A stretch of 64,000 bases of DNA, taken from contig JBJXEM010000041.1 in NCBI GenBank assembly GCA_046154225.1, positions 3,411 to 67,410 of the forward strand, given 5' to 3'. Position numbers and translations under genes: made by a program. Positions 25,511 to 34,433 of the stretch are shown here, in pieces. The stretch's first letter is position 1; each line of letters opens with the position of its first letter. The notes beneath the pieces were generated by a model. The model ran no database searches, was not told the origin of the DNA, and saw nothing but the letters and a program-made list of their open reading frames with translations. The DNA comes from Rickettsiales bacterium. Its GTDB lineage: Bacteria; Pseudomonadota; Alphaproteobacteria; Rickettsiales; UBA3002.

Positions 25511-25795
25511 ATGGCAGACGACATGAGCGCCTTTGGCGAAAGCAACGACGGCAACCTGACGCTCGACGCAGTAAGCGATATTCCGGTGCAAATCTCGGTC
25601 GTGCTCGGCAAAACCAGCATGCAGGTGCAGCATTTGCTGAAACTGGGCCGTGGCGCGGTGGTGGAACTCGACCGCAAAGTGGGCGAGCCGGTCGACATTT
25701 ACGTCAACAACCGCCTCGTCGCCCGCGGCGAAGTGGTGGTGGTCGAAGACAAAATCGGCGTGACGATGACGGAAATTATTAAAGCAGAAAAATAA
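25511..25795 (+). CDS. fliN: Flagellar motor switch protein FliN
   Basis: SpoA domain: IPVQISVVLGKTSMQVQHLLKLGRGAVVELDRKVGEPVDIYVNNRLVARGEVVVVEDKIGVTMTEI. Confidence 0.9.
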   Translation: MADDMSAFGESNDGNLTLDAVSDIPVQISVVLGKTSMQVQHLLKLGRGAVVELDRKVGEPVDIYVNNRLVARGEVVVVEDKIGVTMTEIIKAEK

Positions 25796-25802
25796 GTGGG
25801 TG

Positions 25803-25860
25803 GTGAGTAGTGGGTAGTGGGTAGTGTTTCACAACTCACCACTCACTACCCACCACTCAC
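25803..25860. repeat. 24-nt imperfect inverted repeat (21 of 24 paired, 10-nt loop) built from GGTAGTG/GGTGAGT heptad-like repeats, between fliN and flbD
   Basis: GTGAGTAGTGGGTAGTGGGTAGTG-tttcacaact-CACCACTCACTACCCACCACTCAC. No U-tract follows it. Confidence 0.6.
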
Positions 25861-25877
25861 AATAAAAAGAGGTGTGT

Positions 25878-27242
25878 ATGCGTTTATTAATTGTCGGAGA
25901 TTTAGGTGGGCAAATTGGTGCCGCCAGTAAAATAGCCCGCGACCGGGGTGCGCGCGTGTCGCAAGTGGCCGATATCGACGGTGCCTACCGCATGCTGTGC
26001 GACGGGCAAGGCGCCGACATCATCATGGTCGAAGTACACCAGGACATCGCGCGCTTTGCCGCCATGCTGGCGGCCGAACGCATCACCGTGCCCCTCGTCG
26101 CCTGCGGCATCGAAGTCGATGCGCGCACCGCCGCCGCTGCCATCAAGGCCGGGGCGAAGGAATATGTACCCCTCCCGCCCGACGAAGAACTCATCGCCGC
26201 TGTGCTTGAAGCCATTTCCGAGGAAACGCACTCCGTCATCCACGGCTCGGAAGCCATGCGCCGCACGTTGGCCATGGCCGAACAAGTGGCCCCCAGCGAA
26301 GCCAGCGTGCTCATCACCGGCGAATCAGGCACCGGCAAGGAAGTCATCGCCCGCCTCATCCACAAAAAAAGCGCGCGCGCCAGCAAACCGTTCATTGCCG
26401 TCAACTGCGCGGCAATTCCGGCTAACCTCATGGAATCCGCCCTGTTCGGCCACGAAAAAGGCGCGTTCACCGGCGCCAATTCACGCTTCATCGGCAAGTT
26501 CGAAGAAGCCAATGGTGGCACGCTGTTGCTCGATGAAATTTCGGAAATGGATGTAGGCCTGCAAGCCAAACTGCTGCGCGCTATTCAGGAACGCGAAATC
26601 GACCGCGTGGGTGGCGGCGGCAAACCCATCAAGGTAAATATCCGCATTCTGGCCACCAGCAACCGCGACCTTGAAGCCGAAGCCCGCAAAGGCAATTTTC
26701 GCGAGGATTTATATTTCCGCCTGAACGTCATCAGCATTCAAATCCCAAAACTCGCCGACCGGCTGGATGATATTCCGCCACTCGCGGATTATTTCGTCGA
26801 TAAATATTCCAAGGTCAACGCCGTGCCGCGCCGCAAACTGACGCCGGAAGCAGTTGTGAAGTTGCGCGCCTATAACTGGCCCGGCAATGTGCGTGAACTG
26901 GAAAACATCATGCACCGCGCCGTGCTCATGGCGCAGGGCAACGTCATCGACGAAGCGGCGATTTTACTACCCTCACGCGCAAACACTAGTACGCCTGCGC
27001 CCACCAATCAGGCCCCTGCCCTCGTGGCCAAAACGGATGCTGCGACCGAGCCCAAGCGCAACGACTTAGTAGGTCGCACGGTGGACGATGTGGAAAAAGA
27101 ACTGATTATCGACACGCTGAACCATTGCCTCGGCAACCGCACGCAAGCGGCGCAAGTGCTCGGGATTTCAATCCGCACCCTGCGTAACAAACTAAAAATC
27201 TACGGCGACGACACCGCAGCCCCCAAAACCGGGAGCTATTAG
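25878..27242 (+). CDS. flbD: Sigma-54-dependent flagellar transcriptional activator FlbD (receiver-like + AAA+ + Fis HTH)
   Basis: GESGTGKEVIARLIH (Walker A), GAFTGA sigma-54 contact motif, LLLDEI, and the C-terminal AAQVLGISIRTLRNKL HTH. It sits after fliN as in the Caulobacter fliF operon. Confidence 0.85.
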   Translation: MRLLIVGDLGGQIGAASKIARDRGARVSQVADIDGAYRMLCDGQGADIIMVEVHQDIARFAAMLAAERITVPLVACGIEVDARTAAAAIKAGAKEYVPLPPDEELIAAVLEAISEETHSVIHGSEAMRRTLAMAEQVAPSEASVLITGESGTGKEVIARLIHKKSARASKPFIAVNCAAIPANLMESALFGHEKGAFTGANSRFIGKFEEANGGTLLLDEISEMDVGLQAKLLRAIQEREIDRVGGGGKPIKVNIRILATSNRDLEAEARKGNFREDLYFRLNVISIQIPKLADRLDDIPPLADYFVDKYSKVNAVPRRKLTPEAVVKLRAYNWPGNVRELENIMHRAVLMAQGNVIDEAAILLPSRANTSTPAPTNQAPALVAKTDAATEPKRNDLVGRTVDDVEKELIIDTLNHCLGNRTQAAQVLGISIRTLRNKLKIYGDDTAAPKTGSY

Positions 27243-27275
27243 TGCTTTTTTTCATTGCAGAGCAATCATGCGTCA

Positions 27276-27432
27276 CCCGCTCCCCCTTGGCGGGGGAGCC
27301 AAAATCGCCGCTCATGCGATTTTGGTGGGGGGTATGGGAGTGGATGCATGTTTTGGTAAATGAGTGGATGCAGAACGTCCCCCCACCAAAACCCGAAGAC
27401 GGGTTTTGGCTCCCCCGCAAGGGGGGAGCGGG
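27276..27432. repeat. Nested palindromic element (second repeat type) between flbD and flhA
   Basis: Outer arms are CCCGCTCCCCCTTGGCGGGGGAGCCAAAA / TTTTGGCTCCCCCGCAAGGGGGGAGCGGG. Inner arms are TTTTGGTGGGGGG / CCCCCCACCAAAA. Confidence 0.7.
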
Positions 27433-27483
27433 CAGTTGCTTCACTGCTTTGCTTGTGCAAGCACATAGGGAGTGTATCGTCTG

Positions 27484-29628
27484 ATGGCGCAGGTTCCCAC
27501 ACTCGCCTCACGTTTTACCATTCCGGCGATGCGGGCCAGTGCGCGCTCGGCCAGCAAGCGCAGTGACATTGTTTTCGCATTGTTCGTGTTCGGCATTCTG
27601 GCCGCGCTTATTGTGCCCATTTCGCCGGTGTTGCTCGATTTGCTGCTGGGCCTCTCCATCACCATCGCGGTGCTGATTTTAATGACTTCGCTTTTCGTGA
27701 ACAAACCGCTCGAGCTTTCGGCGTTCCCGACCATTCTGCTTATTTCCACTTTGCTGCGCTTGTCGCTCAACGTGGCCACCACCCGCCTGATTTTAAGCCA
27801 CGGCCATGAAGGCCCGGATTCGGCGGGCCATGTCATTCAGGCATTCGGCAACTTCGTCACCGGCGGCTCGGTGCTCATCGGCGCGATTGTGTTCGGCATT
27901 CTTACCATCATCAATTTCGTGGTAATTACCAAAGGTTCGGGCCGAATTGCTGAAGTTTCGGCGCGTTTCAGCCTCGATGCGTTGCCGGGTAAACAGCTCG
28001 CCATCGACGCCGATTTATCGGCGGGCCTGATGGATGAAAAACAAGCCAAAGCGCGCCGCAAAGAACTCGAAGACGAATCCAGCTTCTTCGGGTCGATGGA
28101 CGGGGCCAGCAAATTCGTCCGCGGCGATGCGATTGCGGGCCTGCTGATTACGTTCATTAACCTTATCGGCGGCATGGTGATTGGTGTCGCCCTGAACGGC
28201 CTGCCGTTCGCCGAAGCGGTGGAAACTTACACCAGACTCACCATCGGTGACGGGCTGGTGAGCCAGATTCCGGCGCTAGTCGTGTCGATCGCGGCGGGTA
28301 TTCTGGTTACCAAATCCGGCGTCAGCGGTTCGGCGGAAAAAGCGGTGCTGGGGCAGTTATCGCGCACTTCGGCACCGCTTGGCATTACCAGCGCGCTGCT
28401 GCTGTGCTTCGCCATTCTGCCGGGAATTCCGGCCGTGCCCTTCATAACCCTTGCCGCTATTACCGGTTACCTTGCTTATGTGGTAACCAAAACCAACAAC
28501 CTGAAAAAAGCTGCCGAAGGTACGGGGATTGGCCCGGCCGGCACGATGCAAGCAGGCAGTGGTGCCGGTGGTTCTGCAGCCCCCGCGGCGGAAGAAAAAA
28601 TCTCAGATTCACTGCAAATTGATTCGCTGCGGCTTGAGCTCGGCTATGGGTTACTGCCGCTCATCAACTACCAAAAAGGCCACCGCCTGACGGAACAAAT
28701 CAAAGCCCTGCGCAAGCAAATCGCACGCGAACTGGGCTTCGTGATGCCACCAGTGCGCATCCAGGACAACATGCAACTACCCGCCAACAGCTATGTGGTG
28801 AAAGTGAAAGAGGTGGAAACCGCGCGCGGCGATATTCGCCCCGACATGCTGCTGGTGATGGACCCGGCGGGCAACCGCATCACCCTGCCCGGCGAAGAAA
28901 CGATTGAACCCACCTTCGGCCTGCCCGCCATGTGGGTGACCGAGAATTATCGCGAAGAGGCACTGTTTCGCAACTACACCGTCGTCGACCCGCCAACGGT
29001 GCTGACTACGCACCTCACCGAAGTGATTAAAGACAACATGGGCGATTTGCTCTCCTACGCCGAAACGCAAAAGCTGCTCGACGATTTGGGCAAGGAAGAA
29101 CAGAAACTGATTTCAGAAACCATTCCGGGGCAAATTTCCGTGTCCGGTGTGCAGCGCGTGTTGCAAAACCTGCTGCGCGAAATGATTTCGATTCGCGATT
29201 TGTCGACCATCATCGAAGCTGTTGCTGAATCGAGCCGGGTGACGCAGAATGTGGCACTCATTACCGAACATGTACGCATGCGCCTCGCGCGTCAAATCAG
29301 CCACGCCACCACGAATGAAGAAGGCTATATCCCCATTCTGGCGCTGGCCCCGGCGTGGGAGCAAAGCTTTGTCGAAGCGCTGAATGGCGAGGGCGAGGAA
29401 AAAACCCTCTCGATGCCACCCAGCCGCATTCAGGAATTTATCACGAGCGTGCGCGAACAATACGACGCATTGGCGTTGCAAGGCGAGCTACCGGTGTTGA
29501 TGACAAGCCCGAGCATCCGCCCCTATGTGCGCTCCATCGTCGAGCGATTCCGGCCGCAAACGATTGTGCTGAGTCAAAACGAAATCCACCCCAAAGCGCG
29601 CATTAAAACCGTAGGTCAGCTGACATGA
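27484..29628 (+). CDS. flhA: Flagellar export apparatus protein FlhA
   Basis: FHIPEP-family N-terminal TM domain (SAFPTILLISTLLRLSLNVATTRLIL, GNFVTGGS, RIAEVSARFSLDALPGKQLAIDADL) and a cytoplasmic C-terminal domain. The start is ambiguous (27472, 27484 or 27529). Confidence 0.9.
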   Translation: MAQVPTLASRFTIPAMRASARSASKRSDIVFALFVFGILAALIVPISPVLLDLLLGLSITIAVLILMTSLFVNKPLELSAFPTILLISTLLRLSLNVATTRLILSHGHEGPDSAGHVIQAFGNFVTGGSVLIGAIVFGILTIINFVVITKGSGRIAEVSARFSLDALPGKQLAIDADLSAGLMDEKQAKARRKELEDESSFFGSMDGASKFVRGDAIAGLLITFINLIGGMVIGVALNGLPFAEAVETYTRLTIGDGLVSQIPALVVSIAAGILVTKSGVSGSAEKAVLGQLSRTSAPLGITSALLLCFAILPGIPAVPFITLAAITGYLAYVVTKTNNLKKAAEGTGIGPAGTMQAGSGAGGSAAPAAEEKISDSLQIDSLRLELGYGLLPLINYQKGHRLTEQIKALRKQIARELGFVMPPVRIQDNMQLPANSYVVKVKEVETARGDIRPDMLLVMDPAGNRITLPGEETIEPTFGLPAMWVTENYREEALFRNYTVVDPPTVLTTHLTEVIKDNMGDLLSYAETQKLLDDLGKEEQKLISETIPGQISVSGVQRVLQNLLREMISIRDLSTIIEAVAESSRVTQNVALITEHVRMRLARQISHATTNEEGYIPILALAPAWEQSFVEALNGEGEEKTLSMPPSRIQEFITSVREQYDALALQGELPVLMTSPSIRPYVRSIVERFRPQTIVLSQNEIHPKARIKTVGQLT

Positions 29629-30671
29629 AAATGAAGCAAATCCGTGCGGCTTCGATGCAGGATGCGCTGGCGTTGGCCCGGCGTGAACTGGGCGAAGGTG
29701 CGGTGCTTCTCGATTCGAAAAAAGACGAGGGCAAAGGCATCATCGTCACCTTCGCCATCGATGCCGACGACATTGCCATCGCGCCCGACGAAGCGGACAA
29801 CGGATTTGACCCGGCGGATATTCTGCCGTTCTCGCCCCACATTCCAAAGCCCAGTGTCGCCCGGATAAATTTTAACCACCCCGCCCTCGAAATGATTGCG
29901 GAAGCGCTGGCGTTTCATCAGCTCCCCGCAGGCCTGAACGATCAACTGCTGGCGCGCTTGCCCAGTGCCCAGTTGCGGCCCGACAGCATTATCAACGTGG
30001 CTGAAGCGGCCCTCGCGTATTTGCTGGGCGACGTTCTGAAATTCAACCCCATCGCCACCGCCGGAAAATTTCCGGCCAAAGCCTTGATGCTGGTAGGTCC
30101 GCACGGGGCAGGCAAAAGCTCGGCCATCGCTAAGCTCGCGACGGAACTGACATTGCATAAGCAACGCATCACCCTCATTTCCACCGACACCGAAAAAATG
30201 AGCGGCACCGACCATTTGGCCAAGCTCGCGGAAATTTTGAAGTGCCCGTTTCACATTGGCGAAAATCGCGCAGGCGTAAAAGCACTGCTTGCTGAACCTG
30301 CCGCGCAAGGCTGGGTGTTAATCGACAGCGCGGGCGTGAATATTTATGAATTCAAAGAGCTCAAATCACTCGGCGAAATCGCCGGGTTGCACGGGGTCGA
30401 GCCGATTCTCACCATGCCCGCCGGGCTCGACGCGCATGAAGCCGCCGAAATGGCCAGCGTGTTCAGCTTCCTGCCCATCGAGCGCATGCTCATCACCCGC
30501 ACCGACGCGGTGCGCCGCCTCAGCGGCGTGTTCGCCGCACTCGGCGCGAGCGGCTACGCACTTGCCAATCTCTCCAGCTCAGCGTCACCTTCCGACAGCT
30601 GCAGCGCCTTCTCACCCGCTTGCCTCGCCCGACTGATGCTGCGCCAGACGCGCGAGCGCATGCACGCATAG
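29625..30671 (+). CDS. flhF: Flagellar SRP-type GTPase FlhF
   Basis: LMLVGPHGAGKSSAIAKLA (G1), LISTDT, LIDSAG and ITRTDA motifs. There is an ATGA overlap with the flhA stop. Confidence 0.8.
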   Translation: MKMKQIRAASMQDALALARRELGEGAVLLDSKKDEGKGIIVTFAIDADDIAIAPDEADNGFDPADILPFSPHIPKPSVARINFNHPALEMIAEALAFHQLPAGLNDQLLARLPSAQLRPDSIINVAEAALAYLLGDVLKFNPIATAGKFPAKALMLVGPHGAGKSSAIAKLATELTLHKQRITLISTDTEKMSGTDHLAKLAEILKCPFHIGENRAGVKALLAEPAAQGWVLIDSAGVNIYEFKELKSLGEIAGLHGVEPILTMPAGLDAHEAAEMASVFSFLPIERMLITRTDAVRRLSGVFAALGASGYALANLSSSASPSDSCSAFSPACLARLMLRQTRERMHA

Positions 30672-30680
30672 GAGCCGTCT

Positions 30681-31469
30681 ATGACCGAACTCGCAACACC
30701 CCTCACCCCGCCTGCCATGCTGCGTGGCGAGAACATCATCGCGGTTGCCTCGGGCAAAGGCGGCGTGGGCAAAACCTGGTTTTCGATAACCCTCGCCCAT
30801 TTGTTCGCGCGCGCCGGGCGTAAAACTTTGTTGTTCGATGGCGATATCGGTTTGGCGAATGTCGACGTGCAACTGGGCCTCACACCCGTGCGCGATTTAG
30901 GCGCGGTGTTCTCGGGCCGGTGCACGATGAAAGAGGCCATCACCCGTTACGAGCCGGGTAAGTTCGACATTCTCGCGGGTCGCTCCGGCTCCACTTCGAT
31001 GGCGATGCTCGGCGCGCAGCGCATGCAACCGGCGGCACACCAACTGGTCGCGCTTTCGGCGGAATACGACCATGTGATTATCGATCTGGGCGCAGGCATT
31101 GAGCAGCATGTGCAGGTCATGTCGGCGCTCGCCAGCAAAGTGGTGGTGGTGATTACCGATGAGCCGACGTCGCTGACGGATGCGTATGCGTTCATTAAAC
31201 TCTGCGTCACGCGCCCGAACCCGCCGGCCATTCACGTGGTGGTGAATCAGGCGGCAAGCCAAAAAGAAGGCGAAGCGACTTACGGTGCCATCAACCGCGC
31301 GACCGAGAATTTTTTGAAATTCTCGCCGCCGCTGCTCGGCGTGATTCGCAAAGACAATAAGGTGAAAGACGCCATTCGCTCGCAATCGTCGCTGCTGGAA
31401 AAAGCCCCGCACACAACGGCCGCGACCGATGCGGCGAGCATTTCCATCAAGCTGATGAAGCAAGGCTGA
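30681..31469 (+). CDS. flhG: MinD/ParA-family flagellar number regulator (FlhG/FleN/MotR)
   Basis: Deviant Walker A in IAVASGKGGVGKTWFSITLA, plus LLFDGDIGLANV and VIIDLGAG. It lies immediately after flhF. Confidence 0.8.
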   Translation: MTELATPLTPPAMLRGENIIAVASGKGGVGKTWFSITLAHLFARAGRKTLLFDGDIGLANVDVQLGLTPVRDLGAVFSGRCTMKEAITRYEPGKFDILAGRSGSTSMAMLGAQRMQPAAHQLVALSAEYDHVIIDLGAGIEQHVQVMSALASKVVVVITDEPTSLTDAYAFIKLCVTRPNPPAIHVVVNQAASQKEGEATYGAINRATENFLKFSPPLLGVIRKDNKVKDAIRSQSSLLEKAPHTTAATDAASISIKLMKQG

Positions 31470-31470
31470 C

Positions 31471-33381
31471 ATGAGCGGGCCGATCACCCCGCCGCTGCCG
31501 GTAAATGCCACCATCAGCATTCAACCCTTGCCGACGGCGATTCCAAGCGGGGTTGCGTCCGACGTGCCGTCGGTGCTGGCGGCGCTGGCGGGTGGCAGTA
31601 CGTTGCAAGGATTCGTCATCAACCGCGACGGACAAAACAATCCTGTGCTGCGCACGAATTTGGGCGATGTGCTGGTGCGCAGCGACGTGTTCATTAAAAC
31701 TGGTAGCGAAGTGGTGATTCGGGTGGATGCCACCCAACCGGGCCGCGCGCGTATCGTGAGCATCGACGGCGTATCGCCCGAGGATTACGTGAGCCAAAAC
31801 GCCCGCGTGACGAGCGAAGATTCTATTTCGAACTCGACCATTTCAGCGCGCCCCACCAACGCTACTCCTACTACTGCCAATAGTTCCGCGCTTGAAGCGC
31901 TGGTGTTAAAAACAGGTGCCACGGCGCTACCGCTACTGCCCGGCGAAACCATTCCGCCCCGGCTTACCGGCCTGAAACCGGGCCAGCCACTGCGTGTGCA
32001 AATCCTAAATGCCCAATTACCTCAGGCTGCTGTTTCACTCGCCAGTATCGGCGAGCCAACGTCGCTGCTTGAGCAATTATTGCCTGCACCGAACTCCCCC
32101 GCAACACCCGCCGCAGCTGAACGATCCACGGCACCCACGACGACACACCCTGCGGCATTGACGCCACCAAAAAGCGCCGCCGCGCCTGCCATCGTGGCCA
32201 ATGCTGTTACATCATTAGCCAATCCACTTGCCTCAACGCCAACGGCGCCCACAAGCGCAAACCCGGTAACAGTCGCATCGGCACCAACCACGTTTCTTGA
32301 ACTACCGCCTGCCGTCACGCTGTCGTCAAACCAAACGTCGCCACTACTGGCACAGGAACTTGCGACTCCTGCGGTGGCAGTGCCACCATCGCCATCCAGC
32401 GCGGTGCCATTGACAGGCAAAGCGGTAGCACTTCCTCCCATTGCCGTCGAAAATCCGCAGTTAACACCGAATGCGCCTTTCGTGCCTCCATCCGATGCTT
32501 TGCGTGGCTTGGTGATTGGCCACGAAGCCGACGGGGCCGCCATTTTACAAACCCCCATCGCCACACTGAAGCTGTATACGGCGCAACCCATACCGCAGGG
32601 AACCACACTGAGCCTGCATGTGACACCCGGCAATGCCCCCACCTTCACCCCCTTGCCAGTGGATGCATCGGGCCAGGAAAGACTGCACGCCACCGCCAGT
32701 GATTTACAGGAGGCATTGCAGTCGATTGTGCAATTACCGGCTTTCGCCGCCGCCGCGCGCGACGTGACAGCAAATATTCCCACCACCAACAGTCATCTTG
32801 CCAGCACGCTACTTTTTTTTCTGGCGGCGGTGAAAGCTGCCGACCCACGCGAGTTGCTCGGCGCACGCGGCGTCGATAAATTACGCATTTTTGCACCGGA
32901 TTTGTTATCGCGCCTCGGCGGCGATTTGGAGCAATTGCAGCCTTTGCTGAACCCGCCGCCCGGCACGCCATGGGGCAGCATTGCGCTGCCCATTCTGGTA
33001 CAGGGCGAAGTGCATTCGGCTTACCTTTACCTCAAGCGCGACGAGGAGCGCGAAGGCAGTGCAGCAGGCGGCGTATCGGCCAAACATGGCCAACGCTTCA
33101 TTGTCGATGTCGAACTCAGCCAACTTGGCCAGATGCAATTCGACGGATTTGTGCGCGAAGCAGCCGGGCAAAGTAAAAAACAGTTGGATTTAGTCATTCG
33201 TAGCAGCCACGCACTGCCCGAAATGGTACTCAGCGGCATACGCGAGCGTTTCACCTCAACACTCGAAATCACTGGCCTGACGGGGCAAGCCGTGTTCCAG
33301 CAGGGGTCGCAGCATTTTATACGCCCACAAACCGCACCCCCCTCACATTCTGCCGGTGCGGCGAAACCAATCCTTGCCTGA
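31471..33381 (+). CDS. Pro/Ala/Thr-rich protein with a FliK-like (hook-length control) C-terminal region
   Basis: It has a long low-complexity A/P/T/S middle. The C-terminal VDVELSQLGQMQFDGFVREAA...KQLDLVIRSSHALPEMVLSGIRERFTSTLEITGL resembles the L.P..LG.v.v...L...L...G pattern of FliK C-terminal domains. The gene also sits in flagellar context. Confidence 0.4.
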   Translation: MSGPITPPLPVNATISIQPLPTAIPSGVASDVPSVLAALAGGSTLQGFVINRDGQNNPVLRTNLGDVLVRSDVFIKTGSEVVIRVDATQPGRARIVSIDGVSPEDYVSQNARVTSEDSISNSTISARPTNATPTTANSSALEALVLKTGATALPLLPGETIPPRLTGLKPGQPLRVQILNAQLPQAAVSLASIGEPTSLLEQLLPAPNSPATPAAAERSTAPTTTHPAALTPPKSAAAPAIVANAVTSLANPLASTPTAPTSANPVTVASAPTTFLELPPAVTLSSNQTSPLLAQELATPAVAVPPSPSSAVPLTGKAVALPPIAVENPQLTPNAPFVPPSDALRGLVIGHEADGAAILQTPIATLKLYTAQPIPQGTTLSLHVTPGNAPTFTPLPVDASGQERLHATASDLQEALQSIVQLPAFAAAARDVTANIPTTNSHLASTLLFFLAAVKAADPRELLGARGVDKLRIFAPDLLSRLGGDLEQLQPLLNPPPGTPWGSIALPILVQGEVHSAYLYLKRDEEREGSAAGGVSAKHGQRFIVDVELSQLGQMQFDGFVREAAGQSKKQLDLVIRSSHALPEMVLSGIRERFTSTLEITGLTGQAVFQQGSQHFIRPQTAPPSHSAGAAKPILA

Positions 33382-33410
33382 AAAGCGCGGCTGCGCTATC
33401 GCTGCGGCCC

Positions 33411-34424
33411 ATGAAACCCGCCCAAGCAGCCCCCTTGCCCATGCCCGTGACGGATGCGACACGCCTGCGCCAGTTGACAGCAGCCGACCTTCGAGGCGTC
33501 AATGACGTGATTTTGCGGTATGTTGAAAGCGACATCGGACTGATTCGCGAGCTGGCCTCGCATATTATCACCGCAGGCGGCAAACGCTTGCGGCCGTGCC
33601 TAACCTTGGCCGCCGCTCAGCTTTGTGGCTACACGGGCGAGCGCCATGTGCGCCTTGCCGCCTGTGTCGAATTCATTCACACCGCAACCTTGCTGCACGA
33701 CGATGTCGTCGACGCAAGCCATTTGCGCCGTGGTGAGGCAACGGCCAACGTGTTGTGGGGTAATAAATCGAGCGTGCTCGTCGGCGATTTTCTGCTCAGC
33801 CGCGCGTTTCAGTTGATGGTGGTCGACGGTTCGCTCGACGTGCTAAAAATCCTGTCCGACGCGGCGGCAATTATTTCAGCGGGCGAAGTGCATCAGCTCA
33901 TGGTCAGCCACGACCTTACCATCACGCAGACGACGTATCTTGAAGTGCTCTCGGCCAAAACGGCCGCCCTGTTTGCCGCCGCGTGCGAGCTGGGTGCGGT
34001 GGTAAGCGATAACCCGCAATGGCGCGCGCCGCTCAGGCAATACGGGCAAGCGCTGGGTCTTGCGTTTCAACTGGTCGACGATGCACTCGATTATCAGTCG
34101 AACGAAACCGCGCTCGGCAAAGCCATCGGCGACGATTTTCGTGATGGCAAAGTGACGTTGCCGGTGTTGATTGCTTATGAAGCCGCTAACGACGATGAAA
34201 AACGTTTCTGGAGCAAAGCACTCGAAGACGGCGCGAGCATTGGGCCTGATGACTTAAAACGTGCCAACCAACTTTTGCTCAAAGCCGATGCCTTTAGTAA
34301 GACACTGCAACTCGCCGCGTCGTATGCCGATGAAGCACGGGCAGCGCTGAACGTATTTCCCGAAGGCGAAGCTAAAGCTGCCATGCTCGAAGCCGCGGAT
34401 TTCGCTGTCGAGCGAGGGCACTAG
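33411..34424 (+). CDS. ispB: Polyprenyl (octaprenyl/long-chain) diphosphate synthase
   Basis: First DDxxD in LLHDDVVD and second in FQLVDDALD, with GKRLRP upstream. Confidence 0.85.
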   Translation: MKPAQAAPLPMPVTDATRLRQLTAADLRGVNDVILRYVESDIGLIRELASHIITAGGKRLRPCLTLAAAQLCGYTGERHVRLAACVEFIHTATLLHDDVVDASHLRRGEATANVLWGNKSSVLVGDFLLSRAFQLMVVDGSLDVLKILSDAAAIISAGEVHQLMVSHDLTITQTTYLEVLSAKTAALFAAACELGAVVSDNPQWRAPLRQYGQALGLAFQLVDDALDYQSNETALGKAIGDDFRDGKVTLPVLIAYEAANDDEKRFWSKALEDGASIGPDDLKRANQLLLKADAFSKTLQLAASYADEARAALNVFPEGEAKAAMLEAADFAVERGH

Positions 34425-34433
34425 GCCTTTTCA

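Noticed and set aside
25796-25830. Short tandem GGTAGTG/GGTGAGT repeats, considered as a possible CRISPR-like or minisatellite array.
   Set aside because: There are only about 4 heptad-like units with no spacers, and the units are half of an inverted repeat. This is not CRISPR architecture, and I saw no cas genes or repeat-spacer arrays anywhere in the window.
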